A DNA stretch of 64,000 nt, from IMG/VR virus record IMGVR_UViG_3300029953_000013. The stretch is one strand, 5' to 3'. The position numbers and the translations under genes were made by a program. This document shows, piece after piece, positions 44,277 through 53,518 of the stretch; position 1 is the first letter of the stretch; every line of letters begins with the position of its first letter. The stretch is from a virus (lineage: Duplodnaviria; Heunggongvirae; Uroviricota; Caudoviricetes). The notes below the pieces were generated by a model. The model searched no databases. It was not told the origin of the DNA and worked only from the letters and a program-made list of their open reading frames with translations.

Positions 44277-44759
44277 GATGACAGGAAGTGTCTGCTCCGA
44301 TTCGCCCCATGAGTGCTTGCTTGATAAGCAGAACCCGCACTCCAGCTTTTTGCGTAGACCGGCATCTTCCTGGCGTTGCAATCGTTCAGTTGCGCGTGTA
44401 CGCTCTCGGGACTGTTCGCTCCGACCCCGTTGCTGTCGTGTGACAGCTTCACGCCGGGGAATTCACCCTGAGTTTCAATCCAAGTCTTCGGGTTCCATCC
44501 TTGGAAGGGTGCGATTGAATGGGAAGACCCATAACCGCTGACAGGCTAGGGACGGACTTGATCCCCGAATACCCTTTGTTACCGTTTACCGTATCCGGGA
44601 CGGTGCTGGACGGGCTGCTTCCAGCTTTAGAGTCCATACCGGGGGAGGCTTTCGCCCACGAGTCCGGTATCCCCTGTCTTGGGCGGGTAAGCTTCCCAAC
44701 TTACCTCGCATCGAGGTTTTACCCTGGATAGGTGCTTTTTACCACCTTCGCGCCCGGTC
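44277..44759. other. ~480-nt structured non-coding spacer (candidate ncRNA)
   Basis: no credible ORF; GC-rich with many complementary segments; a GGTGGTAAAAAG motif at its 5' end on the minus strand. Confidence 0.2.
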
Positions 44760-45074
44760 TTAGTCTTTGGGGATTGCAAGCCGCTGAAGACCTTCCTGTG
44801 ACATCCAGGACGGTAGGTAGGTTTCTACCACCAGCGCTTCACACTCATCAAAGAGATCACTGTAAATCTTCTTCAGGAACCTTGCCAGCCGATCATCCTT
44901 CCAGCTTGGCGTAGCGTGCCCACCACTACTCAGGTTGATCCACCACTTGTTTTCCACCAAGCTATAACAAAGCTGCCCATTCGCTACCAACAGATGCAGA
45001 TTCGGTTTGCCTATGAAGTTCATGAGCTTGGGAATCTCAAGCAGATAAAGCAAAGCAGCTTCGTATTGCATCAT
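44760..45074 (-). CDS. hypothetical protein
   Basis: 104 aa; weak RBS. Confidence 0.35.
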   Translation of the reverse strand: MMQYEAALLYLLEIPKLMNFIGKPNLHLLVANGQLCYSLVENKWWINLSSGGHATPSWKDDRLARFLKKIYSDLFDECEALVVETYLPSWMSQEGLQRLAIPKD

Positions 45075-45258
45075 TGGCTCAAAGAAAAACCAATGTGGTT
45101 AGATTGAAATAGGATGATCAAGCCCCGTCCTCGCCATCACCCAGGGGTCACAAATTATGAGCATAGACCCCGCCCCGCCGATCACTTGTGAAACGTCACA
45201 CTAAGCCAGAGGACCATGTAGTCCCAACACGCCTTGTAGTAACCTAAGCTGAATTCCA

Positions 45259-45507
45259 TCACATCTCACGAGGATGGTAGATAGTGACGCGACCCTGCTT
45301 GATCAGACCAGTCCCAATATGAGTCGGGATGTCGATCTTGAAGCCCTGCTGATGATTGAGGCTCAAGGCACGCCGCACGTATTTCATTGCGTAGGTGTCT
45401 GCCTCATCCGCATTCGGGGCGGCGATATAGAGATCAACATTGACTTTTACCTTGAAGCGCTTGCATTCGTGATGCACTGCTACTTCCGTGGTTGTTGATG
45501 GAATCAT
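45259..45507 (-). CDS. hypothetical protein
   Basis: 82 aa; AAAGGG RBS. Confidence 0.4.
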   Translation of the reverse strand: MIPSTTTEVAVHHECKRFKVKVNVDLYIAAPNADEADTYAMKYVRRALSLNHQQGFKIDIPTHIGTGLIKQGRVTIYHPREM

Positions 45508-45687
45508 TTGAAACCCTTTCTAAACGGCTACCGACAAAATGGAAGGTATGATAGTGGACTTCCCGCACGTATTTTAGGGAAATGTGCTTGCTGCATTCTA
45601 CGACAGAGCCATCACTAGGAGGTTGTAGCAGCATCGCACGATTCTTGCACTCTGGCGCTTCCCTTATGCCAGTCCATCAGAGCACCA

Positions 45688-45717
45688 AAGCGGGAGGGGT
45701 TCGGAAGCCGCTTTTTA
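45688..45717. terminator. bidirectional terminator-like hairpin
   Basis: AAGCGGgaggggttcggaagCCGCTTTTT. Confidence 0.4.
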
Positions 45718-45723
45718 AGTTAT

Positions 45724-46224
45724 TCATGATTCAGTGGGGATGTTTTGCAAATCCCATTCTGCATGAACTTCACGATGACAGTTAGCACAAAGGAGATCAC
45801 ATTTTTCTAACTCTATTGCGATCTTGAACCAAGCTCTACCGAAGGCAGAGGAAATCGCAAATTCTTTTTCACTCGGAATTCGATGGTGAAACTCCAACGC
45901 CGATATGCACTTCTTGTAGCCGCATATCATACATTTACCACCCTTGTGCTGAATGCACTTTGCTTTGAGCCGGAACCTTTTTGTAGTAAGGCTGCAATTA
46001 GCACAGTATTTGCGAAGTCTTTCAAACGGCGACATTACCTTTCCGCAACGTTCGCAATTAGTCCATTCATGTTTCCGATAATCTTGTTTTGAAAAGTTCA
46101 CCGTGTTATGTGTGCCAAACGGAGTGCAAGCTAAACAGTATTTTCGCTTTTGTAGATTCCGCTTTTTACCGCCGATTACGACTGAACCGCTGAACTCTTT
46201 ACCACACTTTCCACAGGTTTTCAT
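45724..46224 (-). CDS. HNH homing endonuclease with N-terminal zinc ribbons
   Basis: CANCHREVH plus multiple CxxC. Confidence 0.6.
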   Translation of the reverse strand: MKTCGKCGKEFSGSVVIGGKKRNLQKRKYCLACTPFGTHNTVNFSKQDYRKHEWTNCERCGKVMSPFERLRKYCANCSLTTKRFRLKAKCIQHKGGKCMICGYKKCISALEFHHRIPSEKEFAISSAFGRAWFKIAIELEKCDLLCANCHREVHAEWDLQNIPTES

Positions 46225-46263
46225 TACCGCACTGGAAGCATTACCACAAGGCAGTAATTTATT

Positions 46264-46367
46264 AGGCAGGGGTAGGACTCGAACCTACGACCCTTTACGG
46301 CATAATTGGTGCGTAGCACGGAATCAGCCTACTGCAAGTAATGCTCTACCAACTGAGCTACCCTGCC
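46264..46367 (-). tRNA. atypical 104-nt tRNA-like gene (possible insertion or intron in the anticodon region)
   Basis: canonical acceptor GGCAGGG/CCCTGCC, D-arm GCTC-AGTTGGTA-GAGC and T-arm GTAGG-TTCGAGT-CCTAC, but 53 nt between the D and T arms; no CCA. Confidence 0.35.
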
Positions 46368-46384
46368 TTTCCCTTTTCAAGGAA

Positions 46385-46654
46385 CTACTTGCACACCAGA
46401 GCGGCGAGGTTTGCCGCAACCTGCACTGCCTTTTCGGCGTGCGCCAGGGAAGCGTCCTTGGCTTTGATCTTGGTGGCGATCTCTTCTTCATGCGCCTTGA
46501 TCTTGGCAGCGATTTCTTCTTCGCTGGTCTGAATCTTCGCCTTCTCCTTGGCGGCAATAGCCTCCAGCCGGTCGATGGCGTCATGGAACTCGATGAGGAT
46601 GTTCTTTACCGAATCCCGGTAGAACAATTTCTTGAAAAGCTTGACCAGAAACAT
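46385..46654 (-). CDS. small coiled-coil protein
   Basis: RBS TGGAGGCAACATG; Lys/Glu/Ala-rich heptads. Confidence 0.45.
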   Translation of the reverse strand: MFLVKLFKKLFYRDSVKNILIEFHDAIDRLEAIAAKEKAKIQTSEEEIAAKIKAHEEEIATKIKAKDASLAHAEKAVQVAANLAALVCK

Positions 46655-46695
46655 GTTGCCTCCATTGTGGGTTGTTTGTTGCGATTGAAAAAGGT

Positions 46696-46771
46696 TGGTT
46701 ACGGAAACTGGATTTGAACCAATATTCGCTGCGTCAGAGGCAGGTGTCCTACCGGGTTGGACGATTCCGCA
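46696..46771 (-). tRNA. tRNA-Gln (CTG)
   Basis: U1-A72 acceptor TGCGGAA/TTCCGTA, anticodon loop CTCTGAC, T-arm ATTGG-TTCAAAT-CCAGT, CCA encoded; one C.C mismatch at the top of the anticodon stem. Confidence 0.65.
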
Positions 46772-46791
46772 TCGGTTGCTCTATGATGTTT

Positions 46792-46800
46792 CTTACCACC
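46792..46800 (-). promoter_or_regulatory. GGTGGTAAG promoter-like motif about 20 nt upstream of the tRNA-Gln(CTG) 5' end
   Basis: the motif precedes an RNA gene. Confidence 0.4.
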
Positions 46801-46915
46801 ACATGATATTGGCTGGCACTGGGTTTGCTGCTTTAGCTGTCTCTTTACCCAGTGCCAACCTTCCCCGGTTGCCCTTATGAGGGCACAGCGTTTTGCTGCA
46901 TCGTTTCTTCGGGGG

Positions 46916-47290
46916 TTATTTGATCAAAATCAGACCGATGTATTGCCCACGCTTCTTGAAGCCGAAGGTTCCTTTGATGGCACCGTTCACCATGTGGGGA
47001 ATCATCGCAATGAAGTCGTCCTGGAACACGTTGTAGGTTGCACCAGTAACGTAGTTCCGCATGGTTACGTGGGCACCTCGGTTGTGGGATTGCATGGATA
47101 CGAATTCGAGAACTTCGGTGAACTCTGCGGCATCAACCATCGTGATTGTGTCGTAAATCGGTTCGTTCCAATTCGCAGTCCCATCAGGGCTCTTCTTGTA
47201 TCCCGCGAAGTATTTGCTGCTGTTGCCTCGATCTCTTCGCGGCACGCTTCCGTCACTCAGTGTCGGTATTTGAAGCACTGTCTTAGCCAT
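46916..47290 (-). CDS. hypothetical protein
   Basis: start refined to MAKTVLQ. Confidence 0.45.
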   Translation of the reverse strand: MAKTVLQIPTLSDGSVPRRDRGNSSKYFAGYKKSPDGTANWNEPIYDTITMVDAAEFTEVLEFVSMQSHNRGAHVTMRNYVTGATYNVFQDDFIAMIPHMVNGAIKGTFGFKKRGQYIGLILIK

Positions 47291-47582
47291 TCTTACCACT
47301 GATCTTTGTTTCATTCGTGATGGGGTCCAGCAGCTTGCGGAACGCTTCAGGAACACATTTGGGATCAAGAACAATGATGCGCGAAGGGTAAGTCAAGGTT
47401 CCCTTTCGAGAAAGAAGCTTGGGTCCGCGCCAGTAATCATCGATCCCGATTACCGTCATTTTGGTGCCGTTGATTGCCAACACCTTTCCGATCCTGAGTC
47501 CTGCGCTGTCGCCCTGCGTGATGGCATAAGCGATCAAGCTACCTACGTTGATGTCCTGCTCGGTTTTGTCCTTCAGAGCCAT
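47283..47582 (-). CDS. hypothetical protein
   Basis: 99 aa; GGGTGGTAGATAATG context. Confidence 0.45.
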   Translation of the reverse strand: MALKDKTEQDINVGSLIAYAITQGDSAGLRIGKVLAINGTKMTVIGIDDYWRGPKLLSRKGTLTYPSRIIVLDPKCVPEAFRKLLDPITNETKISGKNG

Positions 47583-47585
47583 TAT

Positions 47586-47921
47586 CTACCACCCTTCCGG
47601 CATTTCGATGTTCTCAGGGACTATGCAGAACATCGGGGCAATGTCTTGATCGGTGTAGCCAGCCAGCCCACAACCCACCCTCGTAAGCTCAAACTGAAGC
47701 TCGGGATGGCTCTCTGCGAACTTGATGAACTGGTTTACGTGAACCTGAATCTCTTCAAGGCTCAAGGAAACCCAGGGGGTGGCTTTGGTCGGCAGAGCGT
47801 AGGAAGAGCCTTGTAGACCCTCTCCCTGCCCATAAAGCGCCCCTCTCTCATCCATGGCGAACTTGGCAGCACCCCGTCTGTGGATGCCTAACCGGTTTGA
47901 GCCGAAAACAAAAATCTTCAT
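47586..47921 (-). CDS. hypothetical protein with N-terminal MKIFVFGSNRLGIHRRGAA (possible SLOG/macro-like nucleotide-binding fold)
   Basis: RBS GGAGGGAAGGATG. Confidence 0.45.
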   Translation of the reverse strand: MKIFVFGSNRLGIHRRGAAKFAMDERGALYGQGEGLQGSSYALPTKATPWVSLSLEEIQVHVNQFIKFAESHPELQFELTRVGCGLAGYTDQDIAPMFCIVPENIEMPEGW

Positions 47922-47995
47922 CCTTCCCTCCATTGGATAGGTCTTGCATGATAAGTAAGTTTTCAAGGATCTTGGTTGTCGCCTTAACGACTCTT

Positions 47996-48010
47996 GTTTC
48001 TACCACCAAC
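47996..48010 (-). promoter_or_regulatory. GTTGGTGGTAGAAAC promoter-like motif immediately after a terminator
   Basis: the motif directly follows the 48011-48033 terminator and precedes the 47921 gene. Confidence 0.45.
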
Positions 48011-48033
48011 AAAAAACCCGCAGCATGTGCGGG
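48011..48033 (-). terminator. rho-independent terminator after the tail fibre gene
   Basis: CCCGCAcatgcTGCGGG followed by TTTTTT on the minus strand. Confidence 0.6.
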
Positions 48034-48057
48034 TCTTCTGCTGTTGTTGGCTTTGGG

Positions 48058-50085
48058 TTACAGGTAGTTGATCAGAACCCGAACATCACCGGCAGCGCAC
48101 ACAGTGGCGTCAAGATCGGTCGCCGCAGCAGTGATTGCGATTCCGATACCGGTTGAGAAGTAGGAACCAAAAAGACCGAACTCGATTTCCTTTGATCCTG
48201 AAGCGGGAATTGTGATGGTGCTGTATGGGGTGCTGGTGCCGACAGTAGGAGCAACCGCCAAGTTATACAGACGCACGTAACGAGCGCTGGTGGCGTAGTT
48301 GTTCAAGCTGAGGGAGAAAATCTTACCAGGAGTAGCCTTTACCGCAGCCGCGTTGGTTGTCGCCGCCGCCAATACTGAGTACTGTGACAGGGAAGCCACG
48401 TTGGGGCTGATTGTGGCATTCAGAGCAGGATCGGTAGCCAGGGGAGCCGTGGAAGCAGCCTTGACAGCCGCCATGCTCACACCATCAGTGATGCGGTTGT
48501 AGAAGCCAGACGCAATGGCAGGACCGGCAGTGATTGCCGCCACGGTGCCAACGGTGGTGACTGTGCCGCTGGCGATTGTCGCCGTGGTCTGAAGGTTGGC
48601 AGCGGTAGGCTGGTTGACGGTTGCAAGCCTGGGATCAAGGTCAGAGGTTGAGAGCCGGGTGAAAGCCTGGATCGTGCCGCCAGCGAATACCGTTGTGATG
48701 TTGCACTTGAGGTAACGGTACGCGGTCTTACCAGAGAAGAACCGGTAAGTTGACGCCGCGATGCTGATTGCAGCCTGGATGGGTGCGCCAGTGCCCACGG
48801 CATCATCGAACACGGTCAGAGTGACCCAGTTCACGTTGTCGTTACTGCCCTGGAAAGTGACCGCACCGGAAGAGATACCAGCAGAGCCATTCACCTGACA
48901 ATAAAACGAACGGAAAGATGTTGGGTATCCGCCAACTGTGTCAATGCCGGTCGTGCCACCAGCAGCCAACATGATGTTGTTGCCAGCCGCCGACTGGGTA
49001 GCTGCACCAGTAATGCTCAAATCGTTCTGGTCTGAAGCCATGGTGACAGGCAGAGCAGCAGCCGAAGCAGCCACACCAAGAGCGATATTCGCACCGCCCA
49101 CAGCGCTCATGTTGGTCATCAAGCGCCCGGTCGCATCGGTGAGGATGTTGCGTACGTTGGTTCCGTCTGAGCCGCCCATAGGAACGGGGTTTGCAGCAAT
49201 CGGGCTACCAGCCGCAATGGCACCCTGCGCGATCACACTTGGAGCAGGATCGACAGCAAACGCATGAGGATTGATCTGGAAGCTTGCGGTTCCTGAAGTC
49301 CATGCGCTGGCAACAATCTTGAAGTGGGTTGCACCCCCGCAGAGGAAGTCCCATGCCCGTCCAGTGTTTGCCGGAAGCACACCTGACACGAACTCGCTGA
49401 TCCCAGTATCGGTGCGTGAACCAGCCACACCATACCAAGTCGCCCCACCATCTGGCGAAGCAAGGAAGCTCACGTTCACACCAGCATAGGTTCCCTGCAC
49501 TGAAGCCGTGAGCGCACCAGTGTTCGGCACAGCGAAAGGACCGATTACTGAAGCGGCGGTTGTGACGTTGCCAGCGGTTCCAGCAGCCTTGTAACCCTGG
49601 ATGGTTACAACGGCATTTGTGATGTTCACATTGGGCGTGCCGCTTACCGCGACAGTCCATACACCAGCCTGATTCACAGCCCCGATGGTATTTGCGCCGG
49701 TAGGAAGTGCGGGAAGCGCAGCCAGAGAGACAGGCTGAGTAGCTTGCCAGAAGGTGCCTGAAACCGGCTGAGTGGCTTGGTAGAATGAACCTGAAACCGG
49801 AATGGTTCCATTCACGTTTACAGCGCCAATCGTGTTCGCCCCAGTGGGGAGTGCAGGAAGCGCCGACAATGATACGGGCTGTGTTGCTTGCCAGAAAGTC
49901 CCGGTGACAGGCTGTGAACCGGGGAAGAAGGTTCCGCTTACGGGAACAGTTCCAACGATACCTACGTTACCGATGGTATTGGAACCAGCAGGAAGCGCAC
50001 CTGTGAGGGTTGCCGTTCCACTACCGCCCGAACCACCGCTTGAGCTACCGATACCAAGCGCAGCAGTATTTACTTTTGATGGCAT
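48058..50085 (-). CDS. tail fibre protein (Gly/Ala/Thr/Ser-rich with internal tandem repeats)
   Basis: 675 aa; repeated VSG-F-QPV-GTFWQATQPVSL-ALPALPTGANTIGAVN units; RBS AAGGGTGTTGAGTAATATG. Confidence 0.6.
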   Translation of the reverse strand: MPSKVNTAALGIGSSSGGSGGSGTATLTGALPAGSNTIGNVGIVGTVPVSGTFFPGSQPVTGTFWQATQPVSLSALPALPTGANTIGAVNVNGTIPVSGSFYQATQPVSGTFWQATQPVSLAALPALPTGANTIGAVNQAGVWTVAVSGTPNVNITNAVVTIQGYKAAGTAGNVTTAASVIGPFAVPNTGALTASVQGTYAGVNVSFLASPDGGATWYGVAGSRTDTGISEFVSGVLPANTGRAWDFLCGGATHFKIVASAWTSGTASFQINPHAFAVDPAPSVIAQGAIAAGSPIAANPVPMGGSDGTNVRNILTDATGRLMTNMSAVGGANIALGVAASAAALPVTMASDQNDLSITGAATQSAAGNNIMLAAGGTTGIDTVGGYPTSFRSFYCQVNGSAGISSGAVTFQGSNDNVNWVTLTVFDDAVGTGAPIQAAISIAASTYRFFSGKTAYRYLKCNITTVFAGGTIQAFTRLSTSDLDPRLATVNQPTAANLQTTATIASGTVTTVGTVAAITAGPAIASGFYNRITDGVSMAAVKAASTAPLATDPALNATISPNVASLSQYSVLAAATTNAAAVKATPGKIFSLSLNNYATSARYVRLYNLAVAPTVGTSTPYSTITIPASGSKEIEFGLFGSYFSTGIGIAITAAATDLDATVCAAGDVRVLINYL
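49690..49960. repeat. tandem ~126-nt direct repeat inside the tail fibre gene (approximate coordinates)
   Basis: two near-identical 42-aa units seen in the protein and in the DNA. Confidence 0.45.
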
Positions 50086-50086
50086 A

Positions 50087-50407
50087 TTACTCAACACCCT
50101 TAACATGAGCATTGAGGATCGGTGATCCTGTCAATGCGCTTGTAACCATGTAGAAGGAAGTCAAGGAATCCTTCGAGATTGTCAGAAAATCCGTGGGAAG
50201 CGCTACGGTATCCATGGCGAACGTTGCAAGCCAGACGAAGGTATGCCCGTCATCTGCACCGTACAAGTCAACCTGGGCTGTGCCTGATCCGGCGATTGCC
50301 ACCGTAAAAGACTTAACCCCATCGTTGCATACTTCTGTTGGACCGGTAACGGCAGCGCTAACGTTTGTCAGCAACTTCTGGATTCCGCCGTTGAAATCAA
50401 TAGGCAT
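50087..50407 (-). CDS. hypothetical protein (tail-associated?)
   Basis: GGTGGTAATACCCCCAAACAAGGGGGTACTCATG upstream. Confidence 0.45.
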   Translation of the reverse strand: MPIDFNGGIQKLLTNVSAAVTGPTEVCNDGVKSFTVAIAGSGTAQVDLYGADDGHTFVWLATFAMDTVALPTDFLTISKDSLTSFYMVTSALTGSPILNAHVKGVE

Positions 50408-50439
50408 GAGTACCCCCTTGTTTGGGGGTATTACCACCA

Positions 50440-50448
50440 ATCGATTTT
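50440..50448 (-). promoter_or_regulatory. GGTGGTAAT promoter-like motif; a second copy (GGTGGTAG) lies at 50491-50498
   Basis: two tandem copies about 50 nt apart. Confidence 0.4.
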
Positions 50449-50502
50449 GAATTCACGAAAAAAGGAACCACCGATGTGATTCCCTTATATCTACCACCAG
50501 TG

Positions 50503-50700
50503 CTATTCTGGCGGCTTTGCTACCCAGTGTGGGCAGATTCGGCAAGCATCAGTGCATGTAAATAAAAAATATCCTGGGTTGATCAGCTTTGGATTGGTGC
50601 AGCGAAGCTTATGAGTTTGAGCTTGGAGGATGTGTGCCCAATGAACGCAAGTAGTCAGATACTTGCATCCATACACATCCTCCAAAGTTTTTACTTTCAT
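50503..50700 (-). CDS. small Cys/His-rich protein
   Basis: ATGA coupling to the upstream stop. Confidence 0.4.
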   Translation of the reverse strand: MKVKTLEDVYGCKYLTTCVHWAHILQAQTHKLRCTNPKLINPGYFLFTCTDACRICPHWVAKPPE

Positions 50701-51200
50701 TTTAGCAATTCCGCCAAATCGAGGGTGATCACGTTGGGAACTTCCATGAGCCGCTTGTTGGTGCTTTCGGCTACACAAGCCAGCACTACAGCCTTGGGGA
50801 ACCCATTGAGAGGATGAGTCATGGTGCCGCTACCGGAGATCACGACAAACTTTGCCGTTTCCCATGCTGCACTTCCATTCAGCTTGTCGTATGCAGCCCA
50901 CATGTCGTGGACCATCATGACGTAAAGGCTATCCTGGTGCGTGGTAGCGTAGTTGAAGGTTGCACACTTCCAGCCATGATTGCGAAGCCAGGAAAGCACC
51001 GGCTTTGGGTCGGTATCCTGCGGCGGTCGCGTGTAGAAATGTTTCTCTACAATTACCGCCTTATCAGGACCGCCAAACTTGGCAAGAATGTTGTCTTCCA
51101 GCCTACCAAAGTCCTGGTTAAGTCCTGCACTACGTGCGCTGAAGAAGAGATAGTTCCCATCAACGAATAGGGAAATACTGTTTTGTATATCTTGGGACAT
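50697..51200 (-). CDS. putative NYN/LabA-like (PIN-fold) protein
   Basis: N-terminal LFVDGNYLFF. Confidence 0.4.
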   Translation of the reverse strand: MSQDIQNSISLFVDGNYLFFSARSAGLNQDFGRLEDNILAKFGGPDKAVIVEKHFYTRPPQDTDPKPVLSWLRNHGWKCATFNYATTHQDSLYVMMVHDMWAAYDKLNGSAAWETAKFVVISGSGTMTHPLNGFPKAVVLACVAESTNKRLMEVPNVITLDLAELLK

Positions 51201-51529
51201 TACAAATTCTCGTGCGGGGGTGGTCCAAATGCTGGAGAAGGATTGACGGAAGGCTCACCGGCTGGCTCGGGGATTACCTTGGGTGCCACAACGGCAGCAG
51301 GAACCTCGGATGCCTGGACCTCTGAGGAAGTCTCAGTGTCGGGGATGCCCAGCTTTTCATTCAGCCACTTCAACGCACCTTCGGGGGTGCCATTGTAAAC
51401 GACTTCGCTATGCTGGATGCTACGGTCCATGATGGTCAAAAGGATCTTGCCATCGGGATAGTAGCCGTAAGTACCCTCGGCGGTATCAGCGTTGAGAGCA
51501 ACGATTGCAGTATTGATCGGAAGGCTCAT
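51200..51529 (-). CDS. hypothetical protein with a Pro-rich C-terminus
   Basis: RBS TAAGGAGAACTGAATG. Confidence 0.45.
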   Translation of the reverse strand: MSLPINTAIVALNADTAEGTYGYYPDGKILLTIMDRSIQHSEVVYNGTPEGALKWLNEKLGIPDTETSSEVQASEVPAAVVAPKVIPEPAGEPSVNPSPAFGPPPHENL

Positions 51530-51551
51530 TCAGTTCTCCTTAGATTCAGGA

Positions 51552-51560
51552 ATTACCACC
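51552..51560 (-). promoter_or_regulatory. GGTGGTAAT promoter-like motif
   Basis: about 25 nt upstream of the 51529 start. Confidence 0.4.
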
Positions 51561-51622
51561 AATACAAGAAAAGGGAGCCTAAGCCCCCTTCCCTCTCATT
51601 CATGTTTCACGAATTGTGAAAG

Positions 51623-53518
51623 TCACACCAGTTCGCAACCACCGGCAGTGCAAGCCAGTTCATGTGAACCGGTCGTGGTGTCTGACTTCTCGTATTCCGC
51701 CAGGATGCCCCACTTGATGTTCGGCATCTTGTTCACGAATTCGTTGTAGGTGGCTTCATCACATTCCTGATAGGGTGCCTGTTTGTAAACAGCATCCGAC
51801 TCAAAGTGAGGCAGGAACGATACGCCGCCGATCTGGTTGAAGTGCTTGAATACCCAAGCGCCAACCTCCATCCACTCGGCTTCGCGCACGTAAACTGTGA
51901 TGCTCACGTTATGTTCACACCAAGCCTGTTTGTAGACCATGTAAAGTTCCAACTGCTCAATCGCAGTGCGGTCATTACGCAACACAGCGCCCTTTGGAGC
52001 CTTCTGAGGGAAGCTGAAAACGTAGGTGGACTCAGGCTTGTAGGCATCAGGCTCACAAGGAACACCCTGGTAGTACATCATCTGGCTCAAGGGGTCTTTT
52101 ACATCGCCGCGCACGGTGCGGATGTAGTATTCAGAATACCGTGGGTGGATGCCGCTGGCAGAGTCCACAAGCTGTGACACTGTGCCTGAGGGCTTCACGG
52201 TCGTGATTGCCACACTCTGATTGATCCCAAACTTACCGGACCATTCAGCATTGGTATCAATGGCAATCCGCTTCATGTCATCCAGGAACTTACGAAGGAC
52301 AACCTCACCCAGCGAACCATTGGTGAGAGCGTTATCCATGATTCCCGTCATGGAAACGCCAAGCAAACGCTCTTCCTCTGAATTCTTCTTCCAATCCTTG
52401 CGAAGATAGCGGAAGTTTGTCAAGGTTGACTGCATTGTGCCCAAGATCACAGCCAGCCGCACCTTCTCTGCAATGGTTTCCGGCGTGTCGTTCTCGCGGA
52501 TCACCACTTCAGTCAGATTGCAGAAGGACTTGCTGCGCAGGAGAATTTCAGCGCAAGGGTTGGTCCCGAAGTCGAAATTAGGATCGCGCCGACCGGACTT
52601 CACAGCCTGTTTCTTCGCGGCTTCACGGTTGAAGATCCCACGTTCGCCAGATTTGGAGTCATACAGCGACAACCACTCACGCATGAAGACGCCAATTTCC
52701 GGCTTCTCTGTATAGACAGCCGAATTGTTGGCAAGCCGACGATGGGGTTCTGTCACCCACCACTGACCCGACTTGGCGTTGCGCATACGCTCATCAGACA
52801 GGTTGCTCAAGCTGATACAGGCGGAACGGCGAACACCACCCACCACAACGATGTCAGCAATCTTGCAAGCAATGTCGTGACATTCCAGGCTGGTGAGTTT
52901 GCGCCCAGCAGCCTTGTTGAACACCTGGACGGTAAACTTGAACAGGTCTACAAGGGGCGCAGGACCGCTTGCACGCCCTCCAAAGGTTTTGAGCTTGGCA
53001 CCGGACGGGCGAACCTTTGAAACGTCCCAGGAGGGCACCTGACCGCTGTAGAGAAGGCTGATAAGCTCACGGAAGGCAGACGCCCATCCGATCTTGCTAT
53101 CTGCTACGCCGATCACGGTATCTGAAGTGTGGAAATCTTCAGCCACAGTGGGGAGCATATTGACGCTCTGGCGTTCGACACTGAAGCCTACGCCGGTTCC
53201 GCACATGAGGATGTACATGATCTCATCGAAAGCGCGGGGATGATCGATGGCAACATAGCTGCAATTGAACCCAGCTACATTATCCCTTTCAAGTGCGGGT
53301 CCGGCTGTCATGAACGCACGCATTGAGGGCATGATACGCATTGAATGCACGGCATCGCGCAATTCACGCAGAGTAAGATCGTCTACAAATCCTTTCTTCT
53401 GGAAGAAGGCGAAGTATCGATCCACGGTTTCATCCCAGGTTTCCCTGCGATTTAGATCATCCCTCCATCGAGCATATCTGCTCATGTGGATGAACTGCTG
53501 GTATTGTGTGAGACTCAC
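51623..53518 (-). CDS. ribonucleotide reductase, probably class II (B12-dependent, single chain)
   Basis: 631 aa; NPCAEILL active-site motif; no separate small-subunit gene in the window. Confidence 0.6.
   Translation of the reverse strand: MSLTQYQQFIHMSRYARWRDDLNRRETWDETVDRYFAFFQKKGFVDDLTLRELRDAVHSMRIMPSMRAFMTAGPALERDNVAGFNCSYVAIDHPRAFDEIMYILMCGTGVGFSVERQSVNMLPTVAEDFHTSDTVIGVADSKIGWASAFRELISLLYSGQVPSWDVSKVRPSGAKLKTFGGRASGPAPLVDLFKFTVQVFNKAAGRKLTSLECHDIACKIADIVVVGGVRRSACISLSNLSDERMRNAKSGQWWVTEPHRRLANNSAVYTEKPEIGVFMREWLSLYDSKSGERGIFNREAAKKQAVKSGRRDPNFDFGTNPCAEILLRSKSFCNLTEVVIRENDTPETIAEKVRLAVILGTMQSTLTNFRYLRKDWKKNSEEERLLGVSMTGIMDNALTNGSLGEVVLRKFLDDMKRIAIDTNAEWSGKFGINQSVAITTVKPSGTVSQLVDSASGIHPRYSEYYIRTVRGDVKDPLSQMMYYQGVPCEPDAYKPESTYVFSFPQKAPKGAVLRNDRTAIEQLELYMVYKQAWCEHNVSITVYVREAEWMEVGAWVFKHFNQIGGVSFLPHFESDAVYKQAPYQECDEATYNEFVNKMPNIKWGILAEYEKSDTTTGSHELACTAGGCELV

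Noticed and set aside
44277-44759. RNase P RNA hypothesis for the structured spacer
   Set aside because: A few short matches (ACGGTAAAC, CACGACAG) but the universally conserved AGGAAAGUCCGGGCUCC (CR-I) element is absent.
32700-46800. Search for an amber-suppressor tRNA (CUA anticodon) to explain the in-frame TAG at 13170
   Set aside because: None of the tRNAs or tRNA-like elements I could fold carries CTA in the anticodon position, so suppression remains unsupported by sequence.
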